Assembly: GCA_050250935.1 (NCBI GenBank)
Contig: JBFWNS010000003.1
Location: 160,001 to 224,000 of the forward strand
Direction of reading: 5' to 3'
Origin: Candidatus Margulisiibacteriota bacterium
Lineage (GTDB): Bacteria > Margulisbacteria > Marinamargulisbacteria > JBFWNS01
DNA: 64,000 bases
In this document: positions 19,232 through 29,310 of the stretch, piece by piece
Layout: each line of letters starts with the position of its first letter
Numbering within the stretch: position 1 is the stretch's first letter
Notes under the pieces: model-generated
Told to the model about the DNA's origin: nothing
Seen by the model: the letters and a program-made list of their open reading frames with translations, nothing else
Databases searched by the model: none
Program-made: the position numbers and the translations under genes

Positions 19232-21835
19232 GTGTCAGAGTTGGTATCCCGTTTTCCTGCTGCGTATTCTGCGATCGATCGAGAGCCTTTTTGGGCCAAA
19301 CATTGGATAGACTCTGGTGTGTTTAAAGCCAATCTAACGGCAGAGAGATCCAACACCTTTATTGTTGATACCCCTCCGCCCACTGTTTCGGGCGAATTGC
19401 ATATGGGGCATATTTTTAGCTATACCCAAACCGATGTGGTGGTTCGCTATCAGCGAATGCAGGGGAAGGCCATTGTGTATCCCATGGGCTGGGACGACAA
19501 CGGATTGCCCACCGAACGCCGGGTTCAAAATGTGTTTGGCATTACCTGTGATCCGAATCAACCCACAGTGGATCAGTGGAAACCAACCTTGCAAACGGAT
19601 GCCAAGGCGCCCGCACAGCCAGTTTCCCGACACAATTTTATTGAAGCTTGTAACCAATTGACCCAAGAAGACGAGAAGGCCTTCGAATCGTTGTGGAAGC
19701 GGGTAGGGCTTTCGGTGGATTGGTCCTTAACCTATGCCACAATTGGGGATCATGCCCGAAAAACGGCACAATGGTCGTTTTTGGATTTGGTCGAGAAAAA
19801 CCATATCTATCAGGCCGAATCGCCAACCATGTGGGATGTGACCTTTAAAACCGCAGTGGCTCAAGCCGAGTTGGAAGATCGTCCACTGGCTGGGCATTAC
19901 CATGATATTTTGTTTCAAGTGGAAGGCCAGCAAGAACCGCTGATGATCTCGACCACAAGACCCGAGTTGCTGGCTGCTTGTATTGCAGTTGTTGCTCATC
20001 CCTCGGATGCTCGGTATACCCATCTTTTCGGTAAAAAAGCCATTACACCCTTGTTTGAAGCCCAGGTGCCCATTTTGGCATCGGACCATGCTGATCCTGA
20101 AAAGGGAACCGGCGTTTTGATGGTCTGTACCTTTGGGGATGGTGCTGACGTGGACTGGTGGAAAACCTCGGGGTTGCCCTTGAAGGCCATTTTGGGTCGT
20201 GATGGCCGATTGCAGCCTTTGGATTTTTCGGTTGAGCCTTTTTTGAGTTTGAACCCCGAAAAGGCAACTTTGGCCTATACAGAACTTCAAGGATTATCAA
20301 CCAAGCAAGCCAGAAAGCGTATTGCTGAATTGCTTTTGGATGCTGGGGCTATGGTTGGAGAGCCTAAATCCACAGAACGACCCGTTAAGTTTTATGAAAA
20401 AGGGGTTATGCCCATCGAGTTTTTGACCACAAGGCAATGGTTTATTCGGTTGCTACCACATAAAGCAGAGCTATTGGAAAAAGCGAGGCAAGTTCAATGG
20501 CATCCGGCCCATATGGTGCACCGCATCGAGCATTGGATTGAAGGTCTGAGCCAGGATTGGTGTATTAGCAGGCAACGCTTTTTCGGGGTTCCTTTTCCTG
20601 TATGGTATCCCCTGAACGAACAAGCCGAGCCTTGCTACGACAAGCCTATTTTTGCCACAAAAGCCCAGCTGCCTTTGGATCCCAACACCGTTGCGCCTGC
20701 AGGATATTCCGAGTCTCAGCGTAATCAGGCGCTTGGTTTTATGGCCGATCCAGATGTCATGGATACCTGGGCCACCTCTTCGTTGACCCCTCAATTGATT
20801 AGCAATTGGGTGGATGATCCCAACCGTCACACACATTTGTTTCCAATGGATTTGCGTCCCCAAGCCCACGAAATTATCCGTACCTGGGCCTTTTATACCT
20901 TGGCCAAGGCATGGATGCACGACAATCAATTGCCTTGGAAACATGTGGCCATTAGCGGGTGGATCTTGGATCCAGACCGCAAAAAAATGAGTAAATCCAA
21001 AGGCAATGTGGTTACACCGGCAGCCCTTTTGGACAGTTATTCGGCCGATGCGGTTCGGTATTGGGCTTGTCGGGCAGGATTGGGCAACGACACCATTTTT
21101 GATGAATCTGTCTTTAAAATCGGCCAAAAACTGGCCACAAAATTGTTTAATGTTGCCAAATTTATGGGCCCCAATTTGGACCGTGCCCAAAATCTATCCG
21201 TTGCCGACATTACCCATCCCCTCGACCAAGCTTTTCTTAAAAAATTGCTGGATGTGGTTACTGAATCGCCCAAGCATTTCGAGGCTTTTGCCTATGCTAC
21301 GGTTTTAGAAGCTGCCGAAAAATGTTTTTGGGATTTTTGTGATTATTATGTCGAGCTGGTAAAGGGCCGGTCTTATCGCGAGACGTTGGATGCAGAATCC
21401 CGATCTGCCCTGGCTACGCTGCGTTTGACTTTGGGTATCTTTTTGCGTCTTTTTGCGCCCTACATGCCCTTTATTACCGAAGAAATCTGGAGTTGGTTTT
21501 TTGCGTCACAGAGTCAATCTGTTCATCAAGCTCAATGGCCCAGCGAAAGCGAATTCCCTGCCTTTGATGGGATTGCTTGTGCCGAGGATTTTGAATTTGT
21601 AACCGAGGTATTGTCTGTGGTTCGCGGTCAAAAAACCCAAGAAAAACGGTCATTAAAATGGGGAGTAGATCGCTTGGAAATTCCAGCTACACCAACGCAA
21701 CATGCCTTTTTAATGGGGATGATGGGGGACCTTTCAAAAACAACCTTAACAGCAGCCGAAAATATTGTCTTTGTTTCTAAAGGCAATCCCTTTTCTGTTG
21801 TTTTGGCCAAGGAAGTGGATGCGACGCCGGCTTAG
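19232..21835 (+). CDS. valS: Valine--tRNA ligase
   Basis: DTPPPTVSGELHMGH, GWDDNGLPTE, DWCISRQR and KMSKS. Confidence 0.96.
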   Translation: MSELVSRFPAAYSAIDREPFWAKHWIDSGVFKANLTAERSNTFIVDTPPPTVSGELHMGHIFSYTQTDVVVRYQRMQGKAIVYPMGWDDNGLPTERRVQNVFGITCDPNQPTVDQWKPTLQTDAKAPAQPVSRHNFIEACNQLTQEDEKAFESLWKRVGLSVDWSLTYATIGDHARKTAQWSFLDLVEKNHIYQAESPTMWDVTFKTAVAQAELEDRPLAGHYHDILFQVEGQQEPLMISTTRPELLAACIAVVAHPSDARYTHLFGKKAITPLFEAQVPILASDHADPEKGTGVLMVCTFGDGADVDWWKTSGLPLKAILGRDGRLQPLDFSVEPFLSLNPEKATLAYTELQGLSTKQARKRIAELLLDAGAMVGEPKSTERPVKFYEKGVMPIEFLTTRQWFIRLLPHKAELLEKARQVQWHPAHMVHRIEHWIEGLSQDWCISRQRFFGVPFPVWYPLNEQAEPCYDKPIFATKAQLPLDPNTVAPAGYSESQRNQALGFMADPDVMDTWATSSLTPQLISNWVDDPNRHTHLFPMDLRPQAHEIIRTWAFYTLAKAWMHDNQLPWKHVAISGWILDPDRKKMSKSKGNVVTPAALLDSYSADAVRYWACRAGLGNDTIFDESVFKIGQKLATKLFNVAKFMGPNLDRAQNLSVADITHPLDQAFLKKLLDVVTESPKHFEAFAYATVLEAAEKCFWDFCDYYVELVKGRSYRETLDAESRSALATLRLTLGIFLRLFAPYMPFITEEIWSWFFASQSQSVHQAQWPSESEFPAFDGIACAEDFEFVTEVLSVVRGQKTQEKRSLKWGVDRLEIPATPTQHAFLMGMMGDLSKTTLTAAENIVFVSKGNPFSVVLAKEVDATPA

Positions 21836-23501
21836 TCTTTTTTTTGGGGTTCTGGGTTTTATTCTGGCTACAGCCGGAAGCGTATGCGCTTCGACGGTTC
21901 AGTTGCAGATCTTAACTCAAAAATCAGTGATTCAAGCCGGTCAGAAAACTGAGATTGCAGTCGTTTTGTCGATTCCAAAAGGCTGGCATATTGCAGCCTC
22001 GACGCCTCAAGAAGGGGCTCTGCCCACTCGCTTAACTTGGACCCTCCCCAAAGGGTTTGCGATTGATTCTGGCCGTTGGCCAAAACCCAAGCAGGTAGGC
22101 GATGAAAAGGCTTCGGTTTGGGGATACGAGGATCGTGTTGTCGTATTTTATACCCTTTCTGCTCCGGATACTCTGGGTAAAACCGATTTGAATCTTCTTG
22201 GAAAATGGGGGGCTTGTAATACCACCTGTATCCCAGAAAAAGCGTCTTTGGCCTTGCCTATCGAGGTTGGGGAAAAGGGCGTTAACGCTTTGACTCCGTT
22301 TCCTCAAGAGCCCTCAACTTGGCCTGGCGTTGGGATTCTACTTCAAAATCTTGTTTTGGCCTTTTTGGGTGGGTTAATTCTAAATGCTATGCCCTGTGTT
22401 TTTCCGGTGATATCCATCAAGGTTTTACAGCTTATTTCTGCACAAAAGGGCGGGTCTCTTAAATCCAGATTCGTGGGCACGCTTCCGTTTGCTTTTGGCA
22501 TTTGGTCCAGCATGATGGTTTTGTTTGGCGTTGTTGTTGCGTTTCAAAATACTTCCAAAGGTTTAGGATGGGGGTTTCAGCTTCAACAACCGGGTTTTGT
22601 GGTGTTTTTGATGGGGCTGTTTTTTACCATAGCCCTGTCGTTTTTTGGTGTGTTTGAAATCGGTTTGTTTTTGACACGTGTACAAACCCAAAGAACCACT
22701 GGGGTTCTAGGGTCTTTTTTAAATGGCGTTTTAACCACAGTGGTTGCTACCCCTTGTTCGGCTCCGGTGATGGGGGCTGTGGTTGGGTTTGCCTTTCTTC
22801 AATCTTGGCCAGTCGGCTTGCTGATTTTTACGGGCTTGGCTTTGGGCATAGCCTTTCCCTATATCGTGTTGGCGCTTTTCCCAAAGACGTTGCAACAGTT
22901 GCCGAAAAGTGGTGTTTGGATGCTTCATTTAAAACAGTTTTTTGGATTCTTAATGATGGCCACCGTGTTGTGGCTTTCGATGGTTTTGATTCAACAAAAA
23001 GATATTCATCTTCTGTTTCTGGTTTGGACGGTCTTGTTGCTTTTGGGTGTGGGGCTTTGGGCCTATGGGCAATTAAAATCTGTTTGGAAATGGGGCGTTA
23101 TTTTGGCTGTGGTTTTGGCCGGACTTTGGTTGGCTAAACCCCTTTTTATTCCACAACCAACCCTGGATTGGCAGCCTTATTCCAAAGCCGTCTTTGATAA
23201 AAATATTCAAGAAGGACGTTTAATTTTGGTGGATTTTACAGCAGCTTGGTGTTTAACCTGCCAAGTTAACGAAAAATGGGTGTTGTCGTCTCCAGAAGTC
23301 GTCAAAGCCCTACGTGATCGCAAGGTTGTTTTATTAAAAGCAGATTGGACCAAGCAGGATCCTGCGATCACCGAAGCCCTGCGGGAGTATGGGCGCAGTG
23401 GGGTGCCGCTTTATATTTTTGTGGATCGATCTGGAAAAAAAACCATTTTGCCTCAGGTGCTTAACTCAAAATTAATTTTTGATTTAGTTGAATATCCCTG
23501 A
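21819..23501 (+). CDS. dsbD: Thiol:disulfide interchange protein DsbD (N-terminal Ig-like, TM and thioredoxin domains)
   Basis: ACNTTCIP, LNAMPCVFP, ATPCSAP and FTAAWCLTC. Start set at ATG 21819 after AAGGAAG. Confidence 0.92.
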   Translation: MRRRLSLFFGVLGFILATAGSVCASTVQLQILTQKSVIQAGQKTEIAVVLSIPKGWHIAASTPQEGALPTRLTWTLPKGFAIDSGRWPKPKQVGDEKASVWGYEDRVVVFYTLSAPDTLGKTDLNLLGKWGACNTTCIPEKASLALPIEVGEKGVNALTPFPQEPSTWPGVGILLQNLVLAFLGGLILNAMPCVFPVISIKVLQLISAQKGGSLKSRFVGTLPFAFGIWSSMMVLFGVVVAFQNTSKGLGWGFQLQQPGFVVFLMGLFFTIALSFFGVFEIGLFLTRVQTQRTTGVLGSFLNGVLTTVVATPCSAPVMGAVVGFAFLQSWPVGLLIFTGLALGIAFPYIVLALFPKTLQQLPKSGVWMLHLKQFFGFLMMATVLWLSMVLIQQKDIHLLFLVWTVLLLLGVGLWAYGQLKSVWKWGVILAVVLAGLWLAKPLFIPQPTLDWQPYSKAVFDKNIQEGRLILVDFTAAWCLTCQVNEKWVLSSPEVVKALRDRKVVLLKADWTKQDPAITEALREYGRSGVPLYIFVDRSGKKTILPQVLNSKLIFDLVEYP

Positions 23502-23594
23502 AAATAAGCTAGAATGGTGCTTGGTCTACGCACCAGAAATACCAATGCTACGCCTCCATCTTCCCCAGAGCAGCGTTTTTGAGTAGGAGTCTTC

Positions 23595-24665
23595 ATGAAT
23601 TTTGACACAGAAAATCGCAATTCAAAATTGGATCAGTTAAAAGAAATGGGCGAAAATACCGGTTTCTTATCCCCAGATGAAATTTTATCCCTTGTCGACA
23701 GTCCAGAATCCATTTTGGATGATATGGACGAAATTCTGGATGAAAGCACAGATACCCCAGCGCAGGCCTCTACTTCCGATGAAGAGGAAGTTACCAAAGA
23801 AGTCAGTGTAGAAGGCATTGAAAAAGGATTGGATCTTGATGATTCGGTCAAAATGTATTTGCGTGAAATTGGGACCATTGACCTTTTGAATCAAGAAGAA
23901 GAAATCGATTTGGCCAAAAAAATTGAAATGGGCGATGAAGAAGCCAAGCAGCGCCTGATTAACGCCAACCTTCGTTTGGTGGTTTCCATTGCTAAAAAAT
24001 ACACCGGCCAAGGCTTGTTGTTTTTGGACTTGATCCAAGAAGGCAATACAGGCCTTATTCGTGCTGCCGAAAAGTTCGACTATACCAAGGGATTTAAATT
24101 TTCGACTTATGCCACTTGGTGGATTAAACAAGGGATTACCCGTGCGATTGCCGACCAAAGCCGTACCATTCGGGTTCCTGTCCATATGGTTGAAACCATT
24201 TACAAAGTTAAGAAAATCACCCGCGTTTTGATGCAAGAATTTGGCCGAAGACCCACGGAACAAGAAGTTTCGGACCGGGCAGAAATTCCCATTGAAAACA
24301 TTGTGGCTATTCGCAAATATTCGCAAATTCCCTTGTCTTTGGAAATGCCCATTGGGGACGAAGAATCTTCTCAGCTTGGGGATTTTATCGAGGACAAAAA
24401 TTTCGATGCCCCTGAAGACGTGACAATGCGCAACATTTTAAGAGAAGAGTTGTTGCGGTCTATGGATATTTTAACCGAACGGGAACAAATGATTTTGAAA
24501 TTGCGGTTTGGTTTTGACGATGGCCGCCCAAGAACCCTAGAGGAGGTGGGTAAGGTTTACAATGTAACCCGAGAGCGTATCCGACAAATCGAAGAAAAAG
24601 CGCTTCGCAAATTGCGTCATCCTGCCCGTCGTGGCCGCTTGGATTCGTACAGAAAACAAGTATAG
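23595..24665 (+). CDS. rpoD: Primary RNA polymerase sigma factor (short form lacking the large non-conserved region)
   Basis: [39 protein letters not shown] and TRERIRQIE. Confidence 0.95.
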   Translation: MNFDTENRNSKLDQLKEMGENTGFLSPDEILSLVDSPESILDDMDEILDESTDTPAQASTSDEEEVTKEVSVEGIEKGLDLDDSVKMYLREIGTIDLLNQEEEIDLAKKIEMGDEEAKQRLINANLRLVVSIAKKYTGQGLLFLDLIQEGNTGLIRAAEKFDYTKGFKFSTYATWWIKQGITRAIADQSRTIRVPVHMVETIYKVKKITRVLMQEFGRRPTEQEVSDRAEIPIENIVAIRKYSQIPLSLEMPIGDEESSQLGDFIEDKNFDAPEDVTMRNILREELLRSMDILTEREQMILKLRFGFDDGRPRTLEEVGKVYNVTRERIRQIEEKALRKLRHPARRGRLDSYRKQV

Positions 24666-25742
24666 ATGCCAGGCAACTCTTTTGGACGGCTCTTTAAAAT
24701 AACAACCTTTGGTGAAAGTCATGGCCCAGGCATTGGGGTTGTTATTGATGGCGTGCCGCCGCTTCTGGACCTTTCTGAAGCCGATATTCAACACGATTTG
24801 GACCGTCGAAGACCGGGTCAAAGCTCTGTAACAACGCCCCGTAAAGAGGCCGACAAAGTTGAGATTTTGTCTGGTGTTTTTGAAGGCAAAACAACGGGTG
24901 CGCCTTTGGCGCTGCTGATTCGAAACGAGCATCAGCAATCCAAGGATTATGCGGCCATTAAAGATATTTTTAGGCCGGGTCATGCGGATTTTACCTATCT
25001 TAAAAAATACGGCATTCGCGATTATCGTGGCGGGGGACGTTCCTCTGGCCGGGAAACAGCTGCTCGTGTCGCGGCTGGTGCCATTGCCAAAAAGTTTTTG
25101 GCCCTGCATGGCGTGTCTGTTGTGGGGTACACGCGTTCGGTGGCTGATGTTCAAGCCAATACCATCGACTTTTCTGAAATCGAAAAAAACCCTGTACGAT
25201 GCCCAGATGCCCTTCAAGCCGCGAAAATGATCGAGGTTATTGAGGCCGCAAGAAAAGACAACGATTCTGTCGGTGGTGTTGTCGAAACCATCGTCAGAGG
25301 CTGTCCGGTTGGCCTGGGTGATCCTGCTTTTGACAAACTCGATGCTTTGCTTGCCCATGCGGTTATGTCGATTGGAACCATCAAAGGGGTCGAAATTGGG
25401 GATGGTTTTGAAGCCACCAAAAGACGGGGTTCCGAAAATAACGATGCGTTTATTCCGACAGAAACGGGTATTTCAACCCGAACCAATCATGCTGGGGGGA
25501 TTTTGGGTGGTATTTCTGACGGTTCTGAAATTGTGATTCGTGCGGCGGTTAAACCGGCTTCTTCTATCGCCAAAAGCCAAGACAGCGTAACTGTAGAGGG
25601 AACCATTACACCCATCGAGGTGCATGGGCGCCATGACCCTTGTATTTGCCCCAGAGCCGTCCCGGTTATCGAAGCCATGGTTGCCTTGGTTTTGATCGAT
25701 TGCCTTCTGGTTCAAAAAAGCATTTCAAACAATCCTTTTTAG
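24666..25742 (+). CDS. aroC: Chorismate synthase
   Basis: FGESHG, RPGHAD, RSSGRET and GRHDPCI. Confidence 0.97.
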   Translation: MPGNSFGRLFKITTFGESHGPGIGVVIDGVPPLLDLSEADIQHDLDRRRPGQSSVTTPRKEADKVEILSGVFEGKTTGAPLALLIRNEHQQSKDYAAIKDIFRPGHADFTYLKKYGIRDYRGGGRSSGRETAARVAAGAIAKKFLALHGVSVVGYTRSVADVQANTIDFSEIEKNPVRCPDALQAAKMIEVIEAARKDNDSVGGVVETIVRGCPVGLGDPAFDKLDALLAHAVMSIGTIKGVEIGDGFEATKRRGSENNDAFIPTETGISTRTNHAGGILGGISDGSEIVIRAAVKPASSIAKSQDSVTVEGTITPIEVHGRHDPCICPRAVPVIEAMVALVLIDCLLVQKSISNNPF

Positions 25743-27275
25743 CTATTCAAAAGGAATATAGAGAGAAACCTCTGTTCCTTCTTGGCGCTTGGATTGGACA
25801 TCGATTTTTCCATTGATCAACCCGAGCATGCGTTGCGCTGTGGAAAGCCCTAGGCCAGGGTTTTCGTATTTGGTGGTAAAAAACGGGTCGAAGATTTTAT
25901 GTTGAATGGTGTCTTCGATGCCGTCTCCAAAATCTTGAATAATGATTTTGACCCCTGTTTTTTCCGCACCAGAAAGATCTATAAACCGTTCTTTGGTTGT
26001 TTGAATCTTGATCACGCCATTTGCCGAGCTGGCTTCGATGGCATTGATGATAACAGCCAATAGCGCTTGATAGACGGCATGTAACTCTGCAAAGACTGGC
26101 TGGAGGGTGGTGTCGATTTCTTTTTCGACTTGAATATTTTTTTGCCGGAATTTTCCAAGCCCTACCAACAAAATATCGTCTAAAACCTCGTTTAAATGGA
26201 TGATTTGTTTTTGCTGTGAACTGGGATGCACATATTTGAGCATGGTGGTAATAATGGTATTAAGCCTTAAAATATTTTTAATATTTAAATTGGCGTATTC
26301 AGCAATTTTTTCTGGATTGTCGAGGTTGTCCAAAATCAATTCGTTTCCAGAAAGTATCATGCCCAAGGGGTTTCGAATTTCGTGGGCAATACCTTGGGTG
26401 ATGCTGGCATAGGCCATTTGCTGGTTCATTTTTGAGGCCATTTCAACGTTGTGTTCGATTTCTTTTTTAACCAGTGCAAAGGGGCGAAGTCGCTGAAGTA
26501 CCGTGGTTAGTTGCAGGGTTAACAGTTTAATGACATGAAGGTCGGGTAAGCTGAATTGCTCTTCAGATAGTTTGTGACCTAAACACACAACCGCATACAA
26601 ATGGGCTTTGGTGGCACAAACACAAAACAATGCTGTGGTTTTGTCTGGTAGGGGATTCAACAATTCTTCGGAGGCCACAACTGGAGATTCGGAAATCGCA
26701 TGCTGGTGTAACACGCTGCTGTTGTGCTTAAACACGCGACGGTGGTCTAGGCTTACTTTGCCATTACTTAGCTGTACTGCGCAAAGTTCGTTTTTGTAGG
26801 GAGCAAAATTCTCGAAATAACTTGCATTTAAGAACAACTGACAATTGGTTAATCCCAGCAATTCTTGGGTTCGGGTGTTAATGCCATAAACCAAGTCTTC
26901 TAGATTGCTGCATTTGGTCAGCTCGTTACTTAAGGGTAAAAGCAGTTGTTCGAATAGCTGGTCTTTTTTAAGAAAAAATTGATCGGTGTGGGTTTGCAGG
27001 TGTCGTCGAAGCGGGTCAAATAGAAAAACGGTAAACCACCCTCCGGCAATCACCAGGAGTGTCAATTTAAGATCGATGTGGGCCAAAAAGAGATAATGAT
27101 AGGCAAAAATAAAGCTCAAGCACACCGTCGAAAAAAGAAGTCCACTGATCACAAATGCAGCCGATCGGCTGATCAGCACACGCCCTTCAAATGTTCGCCA
27201 TTTGAACAGCATGAGTAACACCAAGACACCCAGAGCTGCTAGGGTGCAAAAAAGTGTAAAAACAGGGGAAATCAT
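25743..27275 (-). CDS. Membrane sensor histidine kinase (TM, GAF-like, HisKA, HATPase)
   Basis: H-box AHEIRNPL, NAIEA, DFGDGI, FDPFFTTK and GLGL. Confidence 0.9.
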   Translation of the reverse strand: MISPVFTLFCTLAALGVLVLLMLFKWRTFEGRVLISRSAAFVISGLLFSTVCLSFIFAYHYLFLAHIDLKLTLLVIAGGWFTVFLFDPLRRHLQTHTDQFFLKKDQLFEQLLLPLSNELTKCSNLEDLVYGINTRTQELLGLTNCQLFLNASYFENFAPYKNELCAVQLSNGKVSLDHRRVFKHNSSVLHQHAISESPVVASEELLNPLPDKTTALFCVCATKAHLYAVVCLGHKLSEEQFSLPDLHVIKLLTLQLTTVLQRLRPFALVKKEIEHNVEMASKMNQQMAYASITQGIAHEIRNPLGMILSGNELILDNLDNPEKIAEYANLNIKNILRLNTIITTMLKYVHPSSQQKQIIHLNEVLDDILLVGLGKFRQKNIQVEKEIDTTLQPVFAELHAVYQALLAVIINAIEASSANGVIKIQTTKERFIDLSGAEKTGVKIIIQDFGDGIEDTIQHKIFDPFFTTKYENPGLGLSTAQRMLGLINGKIDVQSKRQEGTEVSLYIPFE

Positions 27276-27328
27276 GTGCCCACTAGTCTAGCAGACAGAT
27301 GGGGCTTAACCAACCTGTTTTACCCTGA

Positions 27329-27358
27329 TTGAAGGGATGTAAATCTTCGTGCTAGAAT
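27329..27358 (+). promoter_or_regulatory. Sigma70-type promoter of tRNA-Ser
   Basis: TTGAAG-N18-TAGAAT with extended -10 TG, 7 nt upstream of the mature tRNA 5' end. Confidence 0.6.
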
Positions 27359-27365
27359 CCCCAAC

Positions 27366-27453
27366 GGAGAGCTGGCAGAGTGGTCGATTGCGGCGGTCTT
27401 GAAAACCGTTGAACCGAAAGGTTCCGGGGGTTCGAATCCCTCGCTCTCCGCCA
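27366..27453 (+). tRNA. tRNA-Ser (anticodon UGA)
   Basis: GGAGAGC/GCTCTCC acceptor stem, anticodon loop CTTGAAA, long variable arm, GGTTCGAATCC T-arm, discriminator G and encoded CCA. Confidence 0.97.
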
Positions 27454-27800
27454 GAGATACTGATATTTCCAATTTTCGCTTCGGTCGATATCGGCCCTCC
27501 CTTTGGTCGGGGCCCTGAAGATAACTCCCTTCGCGAAAAATTGAAAATCTCAGTATCTCTCTTCGTCTCTGTACGGTTATATTTTGGCCCCTGCGGGGGA
27601 GCGGCTTTGGATTTACTCCAAGGCCGCGACACAAAAATGCTTGTCATTTTTGTTTACAATGAGCCTCGAACCAGTGAGCGTCAGCGAACGGTTTTAAAAT
27701 AGGATTCTTAGAGAGTTTAATTCCGATTAAACTCGAATCCCTCGCTCTGGGCCAGAGATACTGATATTTCCAATTTTCGCTTCGGTCGATATCGGCCCTC
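27432..27800 (+). repeat. 68-bp direct repeat (27432-27499 and 27733-27800) including the tRNA 3' end; att-like
   Basis: TCGAATCCCTCGCTCT[CC/GG]GCCAGAGATACTGATATTTCCAATTTTCGCTTCGGTCGATATCGGCCCTC, 66/68 identical, 301 bp apart. Confidence 0.92.
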
Positions 27801-27811
27801 TTAGTGGTATA

Positions 27812-29305
27812 TCACATTTCACTTGTGGGATCTCCTTGGATTTGTACGTAGAGTCGCCTCACTAGGAAAGGGATTCCTTTCTCCCTAATTCCGCCTATTA
27901 GTTCCCTGGTAAGTGCTTCGTCTGTTATTCTAGTACCACCAGTCGAGCTAGAACTACTTGCTGGTTGTATTACGACTGGTCTTCTCTCCAGTGGCGGTTT
28001 TGGTGTACTTCGTGCCGCTTGGGCTGCTCGTTCAGTTTCTACAATTTCTATTTTCTTTACTAAAGGTTCATAGTGGGCAATACAGTCCTCTTCTCTAGCA
28101 GTCAATTCTCTTGTCGCACCAGCTTTTTGGGTTCTTAGCACACGCCGAGTTTCTTGCAGAGAAATTCCTGATGCATCTGTGTTTTCCCAAGCCTCTGCAG
28201 ATTCGTTGTGGTCTAATGGCAACTCAAATAGTCGCTTAATCAATCCTATTAATCGGACCAAGTCTGGGTTTAATTTTGGGATAAATGTGATGATAAAGGT
28301 GTCTTTTAAAGTTGAATCCTCAATTACAAACTCGTAAAGTTCTGCGATTTTTTCGCAGAACGCTTCTGGTTGGTCGGCGTATTGATTAAGGTATTCTAAA
28401 ATACAGTGCCTCTTGTGTACGGCTAGTTCATCAGATAAGCGTTGATTTCTAAGCATTTCTTTCGCATCTATACTTTCGTTGCGAAGTACTATTATTCTGT
28501 CTTTTTCTGGATCTTCCTGGCTCGCCGAGCCTCCAGCGCTTTGCGTAGTTGTTGAATCAACGGTTTTGGGTGCAGCTTTGGGTATAAAATGTTTCCTACA
28601 GTGATCGGCTAGCCTTGTGCAGCAGAGTGCATCTTGATGGTGCGCTGCAAGATGTGCATACTCCCAAAATAAATTGGTTCCGGCTCTTGGAAGTTCTTTT
28701 TCAAAGGCTTTCTGATACAATAAATAGGGTAGATTTTCAGTGGGGGTTTTAATCTTACGAGCAAAAGCCACTATTTCTTGTTGTGTCTTCTTCGAAGAAA
28801 TGTGCCACACATACCATCTGCATAGGCCAGCAGAGAGTGGTTGCACTTGATCGCTTTGGGGGTTTTTAAGCATTTCTTCAATTTGAACCTGAGCCTCTCG
28901 AGGGTAGGCGACCATTAATCCAACCAAAATTTTGTGGCGAAGGCTGCTAAGGTAGCCATTTATGGTTGTATTTGATTTATATTTTTTTTCAATTTTTTGG
29001 AGATTGCTACATACTGTTTGAAAGCCTGAAGTTTCGGTTGGTTCTTTGTAAGAAACCATTTTTATGGATCTAAACAAAATCAAGAGGTCGAGTTCGAACT
29101 TTTCTTTTTCGTCAGGCATTAAGCTTTTTAGGAGTTCAGTGCTTGGGCCAAATTCTTTCATGAGTTTTTTGGTCGTAGTCACGTTGGAGCGCCCTAAGCA
29201 AGAGGGTCGGACAACCCCATGATGGCGCATTTTTAAAAATAAAGCAGCAAGGGGTTCTTCCTTTTCTTTATATGGGATTGGAACCGATAAAATTTTGTGC
29301 TGCAT
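27812..29305 (-). CDS. Hypothetical (orphan-like) helical protein
   Basis: Long AT-richer ORF with no recognised motif. Start uncertain; ATG 29305 chosen to avoid a 133-bp overlap. Confidence 0.7.
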   Translation of the reverse strand: MQHKILSVPIPYKEKEEPLAALFLKMRHHGVVRPSCLGRSNVTTTKKLMKEFGPSTELLKSLMPDEKEKFELDLLILFRSIKMVSYKEPTETSGFQTVCSNLQKIEKKYKSNTTINGYLSSLRHKILVGLMVAYPREAQVQIEEMLKNPQSDQVQPLSAGLCRWYVWHISSKKTQQEIVAFARKIKTPTENLPYLLYQKAFEKELPRAGTNLFWEYAHLAAHHQDALCCTRLADHCRKHFIPKAAPKTVDSTTTQSAGGSASQEDPEKDRIIVLRNESIDAKEMLRNQRLSDELAVHKRHCILEYLNQYADQPEAFCEKIAELYEFVIEDSTLKDTFIITFIPKLNPDLVRLIGLIKRLFELPLDHNESAEAWENTDASGISLQETRRVLRTQKAGATRELTAREEDCIAHYEPLVKKIEIVETERAAQAARSTPKPPLERRPVVIQPASSSSSTGGTRITDEALTRELIGGIREKGIPFLVRRLYVQIQGDPTSEM

Positions 29306-29310
29306 TTTTA

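Noticed and set aside
24537..25358. 273-aa minus-strand ORF, and similar long antisense ORFs at 20471-21190, 23685-24326 and 47379-47984
   Set aside because: Shadow frames opposite well-supported genes (aroC, valS, rpoD, comM), with no motifs of their own.
27306..27702. Three ORFs of 97-113 aa spanning the tRNA
   Set aside because: They overlap tRNA-Ser and its palindromic flank and are artefacts.
27432..27800. Possible CRISPR array or second tRNA gene
   Set aside because: Only two copies of a 68-bp repeat, derived from the tRNA; no spacers or cas genes; the distal copy lacks the 5' half of a tRNA.
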